Shown: positions 23,443-36,757 of the stretch, one piece after another | Position numbering within the stretch: position 1 is the stretch's first letter | How the letters are laid out: each line of letters begins with the position of its first letter | DNA from: Takakia lepidozioides | Lineage: Eukaryota; Plantae; Bryophyta | DNA: 64,000 bases | Direction: 5' to 3' | NCBI GenBank assembly: GCA_030704615.1 | Contig: CM060734.1 | Span: 11,470,001 to 11,534,000 of the forward strand | Translations under genes and position numbers: made by a program | The notes under the pieces: generated by a model | The model's input: only the letters and a program-made list of their open reading frames with translations | What the model was told of the DNA's origin: nothing | Databases searched by the model: none

Positions 23443-25064
23443 CATTTGCTGATAAGTCCGAATCCTTTTGAATACAATGTCAGTATACACGGTATTCGTT
23501 AAAAGTGGACAAGCCATTGTCCACTTTTATTGTAGGAGAATTGAAATGGTGTATCTCCGATGAGAGGCCGTAGCCGAATGGTGAAATGATAATTGTTTGT
23601 GTCAACTTTGGCTAAAGATTTTTTATTTTTATTTTTTCATTTGCACTAGAATCATTGATGATAGTTCTGAGTTTACATCAACACCTTATAAACTAAGGTG
23701 CGAACAATTTTGTCATCACTGACATGAAACATTGTAAATTTCAAGTTCAATTTTTGAGGGTCTTTTATCCATACATCAAACATTCATCCATACATTAACA
23801 TTCATCTACATAATTACAATATCATATGTACATATATTACGAAATATATATCCATTAAAATAGATCATAATGCACCCATGAATTCCAACCATCTTTTATT
23901 TCATATATGGCATGTCTGGTTTTCATCCTTTCTGTGGAACACATTTGGGATATCATTCATCCACTTATCACACTCTTCATCAGTAAAAAGTCTTCATTTC
24001 ATTCCAGTCTGCGCCCCGTATCGTTCTATTTCTAAGTTATTCACATGAGTATTAAGCTCAGAGTGAAAATGACGTCCATCATGAGTATATGAAAACCCAT
24101 CAATTGGGTTGAGTACCACCGGTTCTCCAAAAATGTTGGCCCTTTCAACCGGTATATAGCTAGGATCAGACTCAATCGAGTGTTCATGTTGTATTGGCTC
24201 TGAGTTTGGAATCAGGTCTCCTGTTCTATCGCTAAGATCGACCGTTTTTCTGTACGAGTTCGCTCTCCCTCATCAAGCTCACTCCACCATTTCACAAGGT
24301 ATTGAAGATCTGTCATGGGGTTTGGTCTTTCAAGAAGTACATACGGTATTGACCGACACAAACACTGTTTTTGTAGCATACATGTTCGGTTCACCCCTTG
24401 TATCCACTAACTGTATTTTTGCTTTGAATGACGTGTAACCGTTTTTCTGCTTCGAATATTCCTCTCAGTATGCCCAACAATTGTGCGTCGTGTAGGCGTG
24501 AGGGATCTGTCAGCGGATTGATTGTCACATATAATCCTATAGACGATGTCTTTGAATGTCTTTGTTTTTGTGAAGGGGCCACATAAAACCCATGATCCAC
24601 AAATTCCAAACTTACACCATTCCGCAATCTTTGTCGTCTATTAGGACGATTTGGTCGTGCAGATCTTGTAGCCCCAGGACGCGGTGGAGGATTTTCTGGG
24701 CGTATAATACGCGTTGTGCTTTTCATTCTAGTCATATTTGAAGCCAACCTACACACAATATTTAAAAATTTAATTTAAACATTAATGTGATATGTGCAAT
24801 CTATCAACCAATATAAATCTCCCAAGTAATACCAACCTACCTATCAAACAATACAAACCTACCAAATAGTACCTACCTACCTACCTACTTACCTTCCACC
24901 AGTATAAGAGGCTTATGCCTCCAATTTGAGTTCATTTCACATGGATTACTCTAGTGGTTCGACCTCTCAAACTCATGGAGTTTCAACAAAACGTGGAGAA
25001 CATAGCTCCAGGTATGTTTCTAATAAACACTTCTACATATTTTATGATCTGCAAGTAAAAAATG

Positions 25065-25315
25065 AGGGGTAGCATGCGCAACACCCCTATGTTCCTAGTC
25101 GTCGATATCTTCCTATCAACTTAGGTTCTCATTTTCAAGGAGAAGATGAGGGTGTAGCGTATGCAACACCCAATGAACATGATGAAATATCTTACATTTC
25201 GTGAGCATGTACAAATCTTACCTAAAGATGTGGTTGCGTACGCAACACCCCCTTAATCAACATGTACTCTTATTAATTTTTCATTTGACTAAAGGTGTTG
25301 CGCATGCTACACCCA
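25065..25315. repeat. Four dispersed copies of the palindrome GGTGTWGCGYAYGCWACACC
   Basis: Copies at ~25067, ~25151, ~25229 and ~25294. Confidence 0.7.
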
Positions 25316-26002
25316 TATGTTCGACGCTGCTCTTCTTGTTTGCTCCCTTCTATTCTCCTTATTGTTAAAACATCCAACGACATAGCACATAACAATAAAA
25401 ATATTCCACAACGTTGGTCTGCCAGATAATCTATCGATAGAGATATTTAAAAAGCTTTGTTGCAGCGATATAGAAATTATTCTCTACCTTGTTTCTTTTA
25501 GCGGTCCTGCTATGATATCCTTAACCAAGACTTTAGCTTCATCTACCACCATAGCTTAGTATGCGGTTCGCCGCTCTGCTGCACAATCTCCTCGTAGATT
25601 GCTTCCCTCCTCTCACCTTGCTAGAATCACCTCTTCCCCATGTTTCATTTAAGCTACATTTTGTTCGTTTACATGGGGTTTTGCAGATTGAGATCTCTCA
25701 TGACCACCGCCATGGCTCAGTCTACCGTTTGCCACACTGTTGCGCAAGCGCTTGTATGTTCTACCCCCCCCTACCTGCCCGGAAAGCACAGGCTCCTCCT
25801 CAGGACTCGTTTAAGAGACTTTCTTTCATCTGCTTTCATTTTCTCGCGTTTTCAATGGTTGCTCACAACAGGATGGTAACCCGCCCGCAGGCCTCTGCGC
25901 TTCTAGAGTCTAACCTGCCCCCTTACATGCGCACATGTCTAGAACAAGGCAAGATATCTCATTAGGACATTATCAAAGGTGGACTGGAATCAGATGTCTT
26001 TG

Positions 26003-26150
26003 CTGTGCAAATGCGAGAGTGTGTGTGATGAGCGTCGAGTGCTCGACAATATACCTGCACGAAGTATGGCTTCACAGAATACAATGATTGATGGATGTGG
26101 TTTGCATGGTGTTAGTGATGGAGTTTTTGATCTCCTTTGCTTGATAGCTG
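26003..26150 (+). pseudogene. PLS-class pentatricopeptide-repeat gene fragment
   Basis: CKCESVCDERRVLDNIPARSMASQNTMIDGCGLHG..DGVFDL resembles the consensus KCG.V.DA..VFD.MP.R...SWN.MI.GY..HG....A..LF. Confidence 0.6.
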
Positions 26151-26169
26151 TAGGGGAGCGGGGGTAGGT

Positions 26170-29100
26170 TTTGTAATTGGTGGAGGAGGGATCGGATTTA
26201 GGAGATTGAATGGGAATGGAGGTATCCGTTATAGGTCTTTGGGATGGGGGAGACAATGATGATAAGGGAGAAGAGGACATGTGCCGCAGGGAACGTGTTG
26301 AGGGATGAAAGGGTTTTAGAGAGTATTGGGTAGCAGGTAGACGAGAGTCCGAATGTGTTGATGTGTTTCGTAGCTGGATGACCAGTGGGTAGGACCTTTG
26401 AGAAATAAGGTTTGAATTGGTCTAGGATGTGTTGGTAGTTGTGTGTGAGTGACGTGGTTTCCGGCTGGAAGTATAAAGCGTATATTTCTTATGCGTCCTT
26501 AGGGAGTTCATTGATGAGTCGCGTATAGTGGAGGGCGCTGGGTTTGTGTGGATGTCTCCACATCATAGGAGTAGAATTGTAATAAGTGTATCCTGGTAGC
26601 AATTATTAATAGATGGTGGGTGGTGATAGCAGTGTTTAGATTTCGCGAGATGTGGGTGGCGCCGCGGTTGTAGGTAATGGGTTATGAGGTTATATGGAAG
26701 TTGTTGGGCCGGGAAGGAGGAGGAGTAACTGGTAGAAGATGTTTGGGTGGGTAATACATGCTGTAGGTAACTAGTATAAGGAGTTGTGTGGGAATTCTTT
26801 GTGGGATGTGACTGTTGGGAGAGAGGGGTAGGTAAGGTGACGAGTAGGGACTTAGATTGGGGGAAGGCGGGGTCTAGAGTGCATAGTAGGAGGGTGGTGG
26901 GATAGTGGGGGGTTGGGGGAGGGGGGGTAATCTGGGATGAATGGCGTAAGAGCTGGGATACTTGGATGACAAAACCCCTAGTTGAGTGCATATGGGAATA
27001 CTATGGGAGTGGAGAGATTCGGTGTGATTTATTGGGAACATATAGGGTGTATGACAAAGAGTGACTGTCAGCCTTGGGTGGGATGGACAGGCTGGGGCGG
27101 CGTGGATGAAGTTAGGATTGGATGTAGATTGAGAAAGTAGAGGGGAGGTCTTGGATTTGTACAGCGCGGGGGTGTCGTAGATATGATAAGTACGGATGCG
27201 TAGTTTGGTAGCGCGGTATAGGGGCAGGGTAGGTCCTAGAGGGGGGACATGCGCGACCGGATACGGCCCGATACCGGTATAGTAACCAGGGAGTGGTACG
27301 GGTGAGGTGTTACATGATAGGAGGTTGAGGCGGCTGACAGATGGGCATGAGAGAGTACTGGGAGCTGGCGAGGGTGATGTATGTGGGGCGTACTGGGGAG
27401 GTCAGTACGAGTATAGGGTATACATCCTATATACGGGGTACGGGTCCGGGCATAGAGGGGGTTTTGGTACTTGGTATTATCAGGCGGGGAGGTGGGTTAG
27501 AGAATCGCCCTAGTAGTGGATGATATAGCTTGGATGAGAGGACACGTGATAGGGGAATGTGGGGATGGATGAAATAGCAGTTGCATACACGGCAAAGGTG
27601 CATGAGGGGTAGGCTGGTTTTAGACTGTGCTTTGACGTAGATAATTTTGAATTGCCATGCAGGGGATCGGGGCCAGAGTGATGCGCGGTAACGGATGTCG
27701 TCCGTGTGGATGCAACGTATCGAGCTGTGTTGCGCTCTAGTAGATGTGGAGGTAGACGGGCCAGGCCGCTTAGTTCATGTTTGTGTAGTGCCCAGGAATA
27801 CGGAGCGGTGAGGCGTGTAGTACAGGAGAGATTTTGAGAGCCGCCCACGTCTCTCTCCCCACCTGGGTTGCACCGTCATACTACAGCAGTGGGAGCTATG
27901 CATTGGTATTGCAATGAAATAGAAGGAAACACAAAGCACTCGTAACTAAATGGTAAGAGCAGAGCTAGAGGGAACAGTATGGTCTGATAAAAGAGATGGT
28001 ATTTCCTTGAGCCTACTAGTTGCCTTGAGGTGGTATCCTGCCGTGAGCGGCCTAGGTGATTATTCATTGACAGCAGGGGTGATCACGGTTGGGATACCGG
28101 GGGCGCCATCAGCCTGAAGCCCCGGGTTGAAGTTTGCAGTTGTAAGTTGAGTCGATGAGGGGCCTGCGCTTCCAAGGCGGGGAGGATCAGCATGCTGGAA
28201 CTCGAGCAGGGCCAGCGGGTAATAGCCGCCTATCTGCACGTCCGCCGGGTTGCTGGTGTCGCTACGGGTAGATGGAGGACTTGGTATGGGGGCGGGTGGG
28301 GGTAGCTTAGCCAAGACCGTATTTGCATGGTTGAGGAAGCTTGTTAAATTTGCTGCCACATTCTGAGTCATGGCGTCCTGCAGGGAGACTAGGTACGCAT
28401 GGTGGGTTGCCTGTTGAGTGGCCACGTGGTTGTGACCCTTGATTTCATTTTTGCCAGATCCCCGCGGATGTCCTTTTTGATCGAGATTGCATGCGTCGCT
28501 AGCTTTTTGTCGATCTCTGACATCAGAGATTCGTGACCTTACTTGGGGCCGGGGTCCTTCTGGATTGTGATGGAGTTCACTGTATCAGCCAGCGCTTGGT
28601 TGAGGTTCGCAACACGGAGCCTGTCCAAGATCGCTTTGGGTGGCGGGTCAGAGCCGTTAAGGCTATTGGTGTGCGGATCAAAATTGACGAATCGGTCAAT
28701 AACCTGCACATGCGGTCTGTTACACCATTGTGAGTAGATGCTAGGGTTTTTGCAGGTAATCAAGACCATACCTATGCGTTTGGTCTTCTCTCTACAGGGG
28801 CGATCTTGCAAAAGTGGAGCTGGAAAATGTTGCCTTTGCCGAAAAGAGAATGAAGAGTATCTGCGATGGCTGACTGTGGGTGCATAGGGTTGAGGCTCTT
28901 GATCACCAGAGTAAGAGCGGTGCGTTTTGCCACTATCTCTTGCGGAGTGGCTGTGATGCCAGTCATACTTGCATGTCGGATACGTAGTTGGGGCTTGATC
29001 AACGTGTGTTACAGTTGAAGACCTTATATCAGCATCCTCTGTTTGGTGTCTTCTGAGGCCAGATATAGGAAGCAGAACTTGGAATCTGGCCCGGTTTTGT

Positions 29101-29375
29101 GAGTGTATATAATTTCAAACTCGTCCCCGTGGAGGTAAGTTTCCACGATCCCTCCGCTCGTTATATCTGGTACTGGAGGTGTGATACTCCTGATTAGATT
29201 TTGTCAACGCACTTGGCCTGATATGTAGATGAGGAGATGTCGTCCCTTGGAGGTGGGAGCTTGCCTGGACATTCGTAATGAGCAAAAGACTGAGTAAAAT
29301 CCGAGAAAACAGAGAGACATGATGGGAGGTTTGTATACCAATATGTTTGTGTTGAAATGGGTAGAGCGGAGGTTA
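26170..29375 (-). mobile_element. Highly degraded retroelement-like sequence; probable host of element B, continuing at 42835-43090
   Basis: Strong strand bias (C/A-rich on the minus strand) and short ORF remnants (28772..29002, 28539..28811, 28060..28425) reminiscent of a LINE ORF1. No diagnostic motif. Confidence 0.3.
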
Positions 29376-30035
29376 GCTATTTCATGAGCATGAGCGGAGT
29401 AGTAAGACAATAGGTTTTCATGAGCAGAAGTACAAATTCTGGAAATAAAAAACATTAAAACATTATTTTAATGGAATGTGTTAAAAAAAAACAAAAAAAA
29501 CCAATATAATATTCATTGTTGGAAGTAGAAATTGTAGTTTTGAGAGCAGTGCTCATGATATTTCGTCTTCTGCTCATGTGAATTCCGAGCGACATCTGCA
29601 AAAATGGTGCCGAATTTCGCGGTTATAGGTCCCAACTTGATTGAAGTGTAAGCCCAAAATTTGGAAATGTGGCGCCGAATTTGGGTACATGGTGCCGGGC
29701 TTTGCACAAATGTTGGGCAGTTCTGGGCCATGTAACTGGAAATTCGGCGCCATTTTTCCAGAAATGGCCCCTTCAACTGCAACTGTTGGAACTTAGTTTT
29801 CTGGAAGATTTGCAAATTTTTCCTGCCGCCATCTTTGTATTGATTTTGTTTCGACATTGAATTGCCACTGGACGTCAACGGATATCCAGCAGTCCATAGT
29901 GTTTAAAAGACATCACTTTAATATTGTCTGTCTTATTCCAGGAGTTTTGAGGTGCAATTCATTACACTGCAAAACAAAGTCTAATGCATCAAAATGCAAT
30001 TGCAAATATCCATATGGTGGATTCCCTTTGCCCCA

Positions 30036-33000
30036 TCAATGATTTCTGAAATCCGGACGGAGGAGTTTGTGCAGCTCGTTCACGCTCAACGCTGGTGCAT
30101 GAATAAAGTCATCAATAGTCAAGTTCATCCTCAACCTCTTCAGGTAAATGTAATACAGATGCTTGCACGGATAATACTTTGACCCATTCTTTGCTTCCGT
30201 CAACGAGAAGTTCGTACAATTGCAAGTCGGCTCCACTCCAATCGTAATTGTGTATACGTCGTCGCGTACAGCTAAGCCGTCCGTTGCCATCCGATAAACA
30301 CGCCCAAGGCTGGGTGGGGGTACGTCCACGGAGCTCTGAACAGTGCAAGCCATCCCAAGAGCATTGGCAATCCGAGTCTCATTCAACTTGTTGGGAAGGT
30401 GTCGTCTCTTCACTCTTCCGAATCGCATTGTGGGATGTGCAGAATTGTCCAATCCATCTCTACTGGACCGAGCAGTCTGTAATGGCTGGGTCTGAGGAAC
30501 TGGAAACGAGTGGGCCGGGACGTCTGTGCGTTGCACCATTCGAAATCCTGCTGCAGATTGAGCATCCGCCTAATTCTGAAAGAGGTTGCAACCCGGTGCA
30601 ACAGGCCAGACGCCTGGAGGCTCCGGCATTCCCTGAATCTCGTACTTGGGCTTGCCAAATACACATGTCATTATGTCGTGCCTACAGAAGCAAAACGTCT
30701 GCGTTGTGGCGTGAGAGAATGTGGGAGTCAAAAATCTGCCGCTGAAACAAGGTACAGGTATAGCACCGTGTGGGTTCCTCCGAATCATCTCACCACAGCG
30801 TGCTCTCGTATCCACCCGGATGGCGCAGCACTTCCCTCGAAGTGCCGGCAATGTCCTTGCAATTCTCCACTGTGACTCCGACACTCTTGTCTCCACAATG
30901 GGTATGTTGTACTGCGTTACTACAGATGGCTCGTTATGTTTCTCGGGCACGTGCCCTGTGCTAAAAGGAAATGACGATCTTGAACGTGCAGGACTTGCGG
31001 TGCTCGACGAGACCTCCTCGGGCAACATCACGGGACCACGAGGGAGCGTGCGAATATTCTTGTCAGCTCGCCATGAATCCTCTTCTCCACCAGGTGCCTC
31101 GTCAAGTCTTCGTCTCACTGGACGGGTGTGAACATCTCCTTCCAAGTGTTGGCCTCTTCGAAGCAATGGCGTGTCCCAAAGGCCCTCTCGTAACCGCCCA
31201 CTTGCGAGGATTCATCGATCTGGAGGCAGTCCGCATCAACATTTCCTGACTGTCCGGCCCCAAGCCCCACTGTTTCCCTTTCAAGAACTCGTTATACCTG
31301 CATTGCTGCATAATTGACCTCACAATGTCCTCCGTTGTGGCAGTGAGGATGTCCACCAGATGCGCCGCAGAGGAGGCACGCTAGGAAGAATGTACTGATT
31401 CGGCCATGTTTGTTGTCGGCATGTCGGTGTCGGAGTCCAGACACATTTCCTGCACATGCACATGTTGAGGTTACAAGCAAGTTACAAATAATGACTAGCA
31501 TAATATTGAATAGGACGTGAATTCGTCCAACTCACCTCCCGCATATAGTCGCCGAACTGGAGGAAACGATACTGCCACCATGCTAGCCAACTGACCATTG
31601 CTCCCTCGTCTGATTTCTTTACAGCACCTGACGTTGTCCACCAAGCCCGTATACATGCAAACTATGTCCTGCATCATCCAAGGTGGGAGCACGCTTCCAC
31701 ACAAGACACATGGAACGGTGTTCCTCTCTGAAATCTGGCGCCACGAGCCGGGTTGTGTACTGCGACATGCTCTGCAGAAAATGGAACCCACAAGATCTCT
31801 CATTGCCTTCCATTGGAACATTGGGGTCTTCCCCGTACACCCTTTGGATGGCAGCCCAATTTGCTTGTGCGTTGTCCGCCATGAAACCACGGAAATTAGG
31901 AGGGGGCAATCCCGCCCTGGCCATCTGTTCGTTTATTCCCTGCCAAAGAAGCATCTCTGATTGTGTGTCCTCTCCTTTCATCTCACAAATAGCAATTGTC
32001 ATTAGCATCCTGCAGTTGGTGTCGTAGACATGTGCAGCCATTGTCACCCACTGGTGATTTGTAACTCGCTTGATATGGTCGAATATGACCCAACTGTATG
32101 ACAAGTCCCCATTTGTCATCTGGTGGACCAGTTCGACGCCGCTGCCAGGCCCACACGTGGACATTTTGAATACGAAACAACGATCTGCCTCAGTCCCTTG
32201 TCCAGGAAACCTACTTCCATGAATGTAGTCATATCCACATTGTCGCTTCACCTCCAGAATGAAGTGCATATCCGAGCCACGCCCAATTTTCTGTTTGCAG
32301 GAGACAATGTGGTTTCGGACATTCGGTGAACAGACGTGGGACACTGACTCCAGCAATGCCTCCATTTCCTTCTCATCGAGAGGAACTTTGTCGGAGCCGT
32401 CTTCCGACATAATTCTGGCCAATGCCATCTTATGGGCGGCCTGCAGCTGTATCTGTTTGGATTTGGCACCAGGTCTCAACTTAACCTCCTCCTGAACGAG
32501 CTGCTCTGCCTCGTGGGAAGCCTCCCATGAGTTCCCCCTCACCAATTTGTGACAATGGGAACCAACGTGTATGCAAGCTCGTGTGAGGTTAGGGACACGG
32601 TGCAACACATAGAACTGCTTGGCATTACAAACAGACATGCAATGTGGTGGTTCTTTGCAATGCGCACACTTAAATGTGGAGTTTGGAACCTTCTCCTGAG
32701 ATCAAAATGGTTGATGAGTTGTGCCTGTCCAATCTGTCTCGTTCCTGTGACCTCTGGATTTAAAGTGGAAGCAAGTTGGGGAGAAACACCGCAACGCACC
32801 CGCACAAACAACGTAGCGCACCCGCACACCATCGAGCATCTTCATGCTGGTGGTTTTGGTGACGCACCAAGGATGACCGTCATGTTTCCTATCCATATCT
32901 GTCAACATTCCGGACGCCCTCGAATAGTCCGTTCGAGGAGGGAACTCAAAGAACATGTTACCGTCGACGTCTGCGGGAAGGCATGTAACAGATTTAATGG

Positions 33001-33622
33001 CAAACTTGTTGTAGTCCAGCCCAGCCAGCTCTGAGTGGTGTCCCTCCATGTGAAGCCCTCGCATAATTTCAAGAATGGATCGAACTGCTGTGTTCGTGCT
33101 GGGAATATGACTCCCTCGTCCGTTGATGTCCATTGAGGACTTGCCTGATCTCCAGGATGATCTCGGAACTTCCATGACCTCGTCGGAGTCGGACAGGTTG
33201 TGAACAACCCGGTTCTCGCTCGTCTTCATTGATGGGTTCGGCTCTGGATTTACTTCGTTGCGGACTTCTCTCTTTGAGGTGCCCACTCTCTGATTCGCGG
33301 ATTGTTTCGTGGAAGACGCCAGGATAGAAGGCGCATTTGGCGGGCAAATGAAGTCCCCAACAGCCCTGTATATGATGTTGTCCGATGGTGGAACTCGCCA
33401 TTCCCTGCCGTCGCCGAAATTATCGTGGAGCACAACAATACTTTCGACTACAACTCCGTTTGAATCCTTCCTTTCCTCCTCCAAAAATACCGACCCCGGT
33501 TTAAGGTGGTATCGAACGCAGAGATATTTCTCCATCACCTGGCAGATGTCCCCTCTGCACGGAAATGTAGCTCTATGCTCGTGAGGAGGGCAGTACACTA
33601 TAGCGCTCGGGTTTTCTGCCAT
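30036..33622 (-). pseudogene. Mutator-like transposase B (GCM-like, DDE, SWIM), disrupted
   Basis: MDRKHDGHPWCVTKT..CAGALRCFSPTC; FDHIKR; FMADNAQAN; CGFH; TNMAESVH; CNCTNF..CKHL. Several frameshifts and a TAG at 31381. Confidence 0.88.
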
Positions 33623-34127
33623 GGGAGATGTGCACACAAGAGTGCCAGGACGGCGTTCGGACAAGCGCCCTGGGAGAAGGGGGATGCAGCGAGGGGAAGG
33701 AATGCAGGGCCGATTTTTCCGAGCGACGAAGCCTATTCATGAATCCGGGGAGCCCACTCTCCCGAAAATCCACTATCAGAGAGTTAATGAACCTTGTCTG
33801 CGGAATGCGGCCCCTGGCCTTTGCGCAATAACTGCCAACGGTATGCAGTCAGAAGGTATATAACCTGTGCACATGCGTTGCGCAAACCAATCATTACGGC
33901 GTCTGACAAGAAGCGTGGGGGGGCGAGCATGCAAGCACCTTCCCCATGGACAGAGGGAACTGACAGAGGTGGCATTCCAGTGGGTCTGATTACAAGATTA
34001 AGGAGGCATTTTTATTAATAATGAACTGTGACAAGTATGCATGCCCTCACAAGCCGAGGGGAGCCAAAAGTATGCATGCCATCCATGCTCAGGTAAGTTG
34101 GGAATTTTTTCCCGTGTTGCACTATCC

Positions 34128-34694
34128 TCACCAAGAAGCTGGAACCTCGATTGGCCTCTCAACAAGCTCATGACTAACAGGGTGTTAGTAGGTGAAGACA
34201 ATGGATGCAGCCCGTTTGCCTTTGGTGTAGTGGACAACGGTGTCATGTCCTCCGATATATGCACCATCGTAAATCGAGATCTTTGCTGTGGAGAGACTGT
34301 GTCCATAGGACTCATCCTCGTAGCTTATGAGAATGTCCCCATACACTGTTTAGGATGGAATCCTCTCTGGCATGTACGTACACCCGATGCAATCCTCGTA
34401 GGCCCACTGGCAGCACCTCCAATGATGTAGTAAGGCCGTGCGGCTTTTGGGGATGTTCCATGCAGGCGGATACTGCAGATCAACGATTCGCAGGCACCAA
34501 AGCCGCGCAAGCCCGTCCCCGAGAGGCTGATCGTGGAAGCCAGGAATGTACTCAAGAGCGGACATGTGCACCCTCCTCTGCTGAGAGTGGTCTATCCAAT
34601 CCTGCAGGTATATGAAAATATCCCCTGACTTGGGCGAGAAGTCCCATGGGGTGAGATGCTTGTTTGGGCAGTTGCTGGGATCCCGGCACGCCAT
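34128..34694 (-). pseudogene. ORF-X copy in element B (unknown protein), two in-frame stops
   Basis: Reading through TAA 34350 and a second TAA gives ...WRCCQWAYEDCIGCTYMPE..VYGDILIS..STAKISIYDGAYIGGHDTVV..IVFTY*HPVSHELVERPI, collinear with ORF 49883..50602. Confidence 0.8.
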
Positions 34695-34934
34695 CGCCGA
34701 CTATTGAAAGGGCTGCCATGAAGAAGACAGGGTGTGCAGGGAGGGGGGAGTGTGGGGAAGCTGAAGTGAGAGGAGCTCGGAGTGAGGAAGTGTTGTTACT
34801 GTCTCGGTTTGAAACGCGTGTGTCACGAGCGAAGGTCGGGTAAGTGGCAAAGAAAAGAGCAACATTTAATATAACCGTGGGCAGCATTTAATTCGACATG
34901 GCGTCAAATCGGAGGGTGACGGCCCCACGTGCTT

Positions 34935-35365
34935 GCCAGAGAACATCACCCGGATGGAAAAACGGCGCCAAATTTCCTGCCGAGGCCGTTCGGATGAAGT
35001 CGTCTCGGGGGGAGAGGCGACACCTGGCCGACAGAGAACATCCCCCGGATGGAAAAACGGCGCCGAATTTCCATCCGAGGCCCGTTGGATGAAGTCGTCT
35101 CGGGGGGAGAGGCCGACACCTGGCCGACAGAGAATATCCCCCGGATGGAAAAACGGCGCCGAATTTCCATCCGAGGCCCGTTGGATGAAGTCGTCTCGGG
35201 GGGAGAGGCCGACACCTGGCCGACAGAGAACATCCCCCGGATGGAAAAATGGCGCCGAATTTCCATCCGGGGCCGTTCGGATGAAGTCGTCTCGGGGGGA
35301 GAGCCCGACACATGGCCGACAGACAACATCCCCTGGATGGAAAAATGGCGCCGAATTTCCATCCA
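34935..35365. repeat. 96-bp tandem repeat (~4.5 copies), each unit carrying GGATGGAAAAAYGGCGCCGAATTTCCATCC
   Basis: GGATGGAAAA at 34952, 35047, 35143, 35239 and 35335 (period 95-96). Inverted degenerate copies continue to ~35660. Confidence 0.92.
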
Positions 35366-36757
35366 CAGACGCCCGTATCGGTCCTTCTTCAACAATTTTT
35401 AGTCGTTGCATCAAGTTTTTCGCGTTTTTTGACTGGTTACACACTAAACTTGGAATTTTTTGCCTGTAGGATGGAAATTCGGCGCTGGATTTCCATCCGC
35501 CCCCGCTCCAAATTACCTGCAGGATGGACTTTTCCATCCGGCGTCTCGTGGATGAGAACGGCTCGGGCGGAGGGAGGGCCACGTTGCGTCCTACGTCATC
35601 CGCTGGATGGAAATTCAGCGCCGTTTTTTCCATCCAGCGGGCGACTGATGAATTCTCGGGGGGAGGGTGGGCCTGTCGGCGCCTGTGGCCGACCTCCATA
35701 CCTACGACATTTAATGGCGCAGTCGCGCATTAAATGTTCTCCGCCGTCGGTTTTGAACTGGATGTTCCACAAGGATTCTGCACTTGCTTCCCGGATACGC
35801 CTTTGACACCTGATGTGACGCTTGGATGAAGTTCCATTCGAGGCATGTACGCACGCATACCTCGGGAGATTTTTTCTTTTGCTAGGACTTATGCCGCGTG
35901 GAGAAGGGCGTGGCTCTCCTGAGAGAAACCCCACACCCAGACCGCGGCGGAAGCTAAAGGCTTTGTATTACGGGCGGCGTCCAACCTCTTGCATGGCCAA
36001 ACTGAAGCTCCAGCAGGAGATCCCATTGTCTTGCTCACAGCCCGCACCAACTGAAGCCGAGCACTCTCAGGCAAGCCCCTTCCTCTTTCGCTTTGTGTAA
36101 CATGTGCGGTCTTCCTCGTTTTTTGTTTGTTTGTTTTGGCATCTTCAGCCTGGCAGCCCTAGAAGTGCATGGTTGCATCGCAAAAGCACGAGTTGGTGAG
36201 ATGAAGATCAAGGTCAGAGGGGTTAGAAAGGAGCCAGGTTGTTGCAAAAGCAGGAGTTGGTGAGAAGAATGATGAAGGTCAGAGGGGTTAGAGCTAGGTC
36301 GTTGCTGCATTGAGATTTGCAACAGGGTGCACACCTTCGCTGTAGGTGACAGGTTGCATCCCAGAATTAAGGAAATCCATGTTGAGCTGAGAGTCTGGGC
36401 AGATGAAGTGCCTTCAAAACATTTCACCCTCTTTTTCCGTCTTATCAACATCGTCCTTAAATTTTCATGCTGATTTCAGCAAGTTACTGGTTGAGTGAAC
36501 CTTAGATAGTTTGCAATGCGTGTGCAAAGCCGGCAGCTCTGGAAAAGGCTGCTTTTGCATGTGATTCTTAGGGATTCCTTGGGTTTGTTTTCATTGTTGT
36601 TCCATATCACTCCATACTTGGTTTTGTTTTGTTTTCATTGTTGTTCCACGATTGTTGCGATGGTGGTTGCGATGCTCGTTGCGATGGTGGTTTTCATTGC
36701 GATGTTGGTTCTCACGATTGTTGGGGATGACAGAGTGACGACGAGCCCGACACGCTG

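Noticed and set aside
34866-35699. Repeat-protein ORFs (277 aa, 178 aa and others)
   Set aside because: They are by-products of a GC-rich 96-bp (32-codon) tandem repeat that is open in several frames on both strands.
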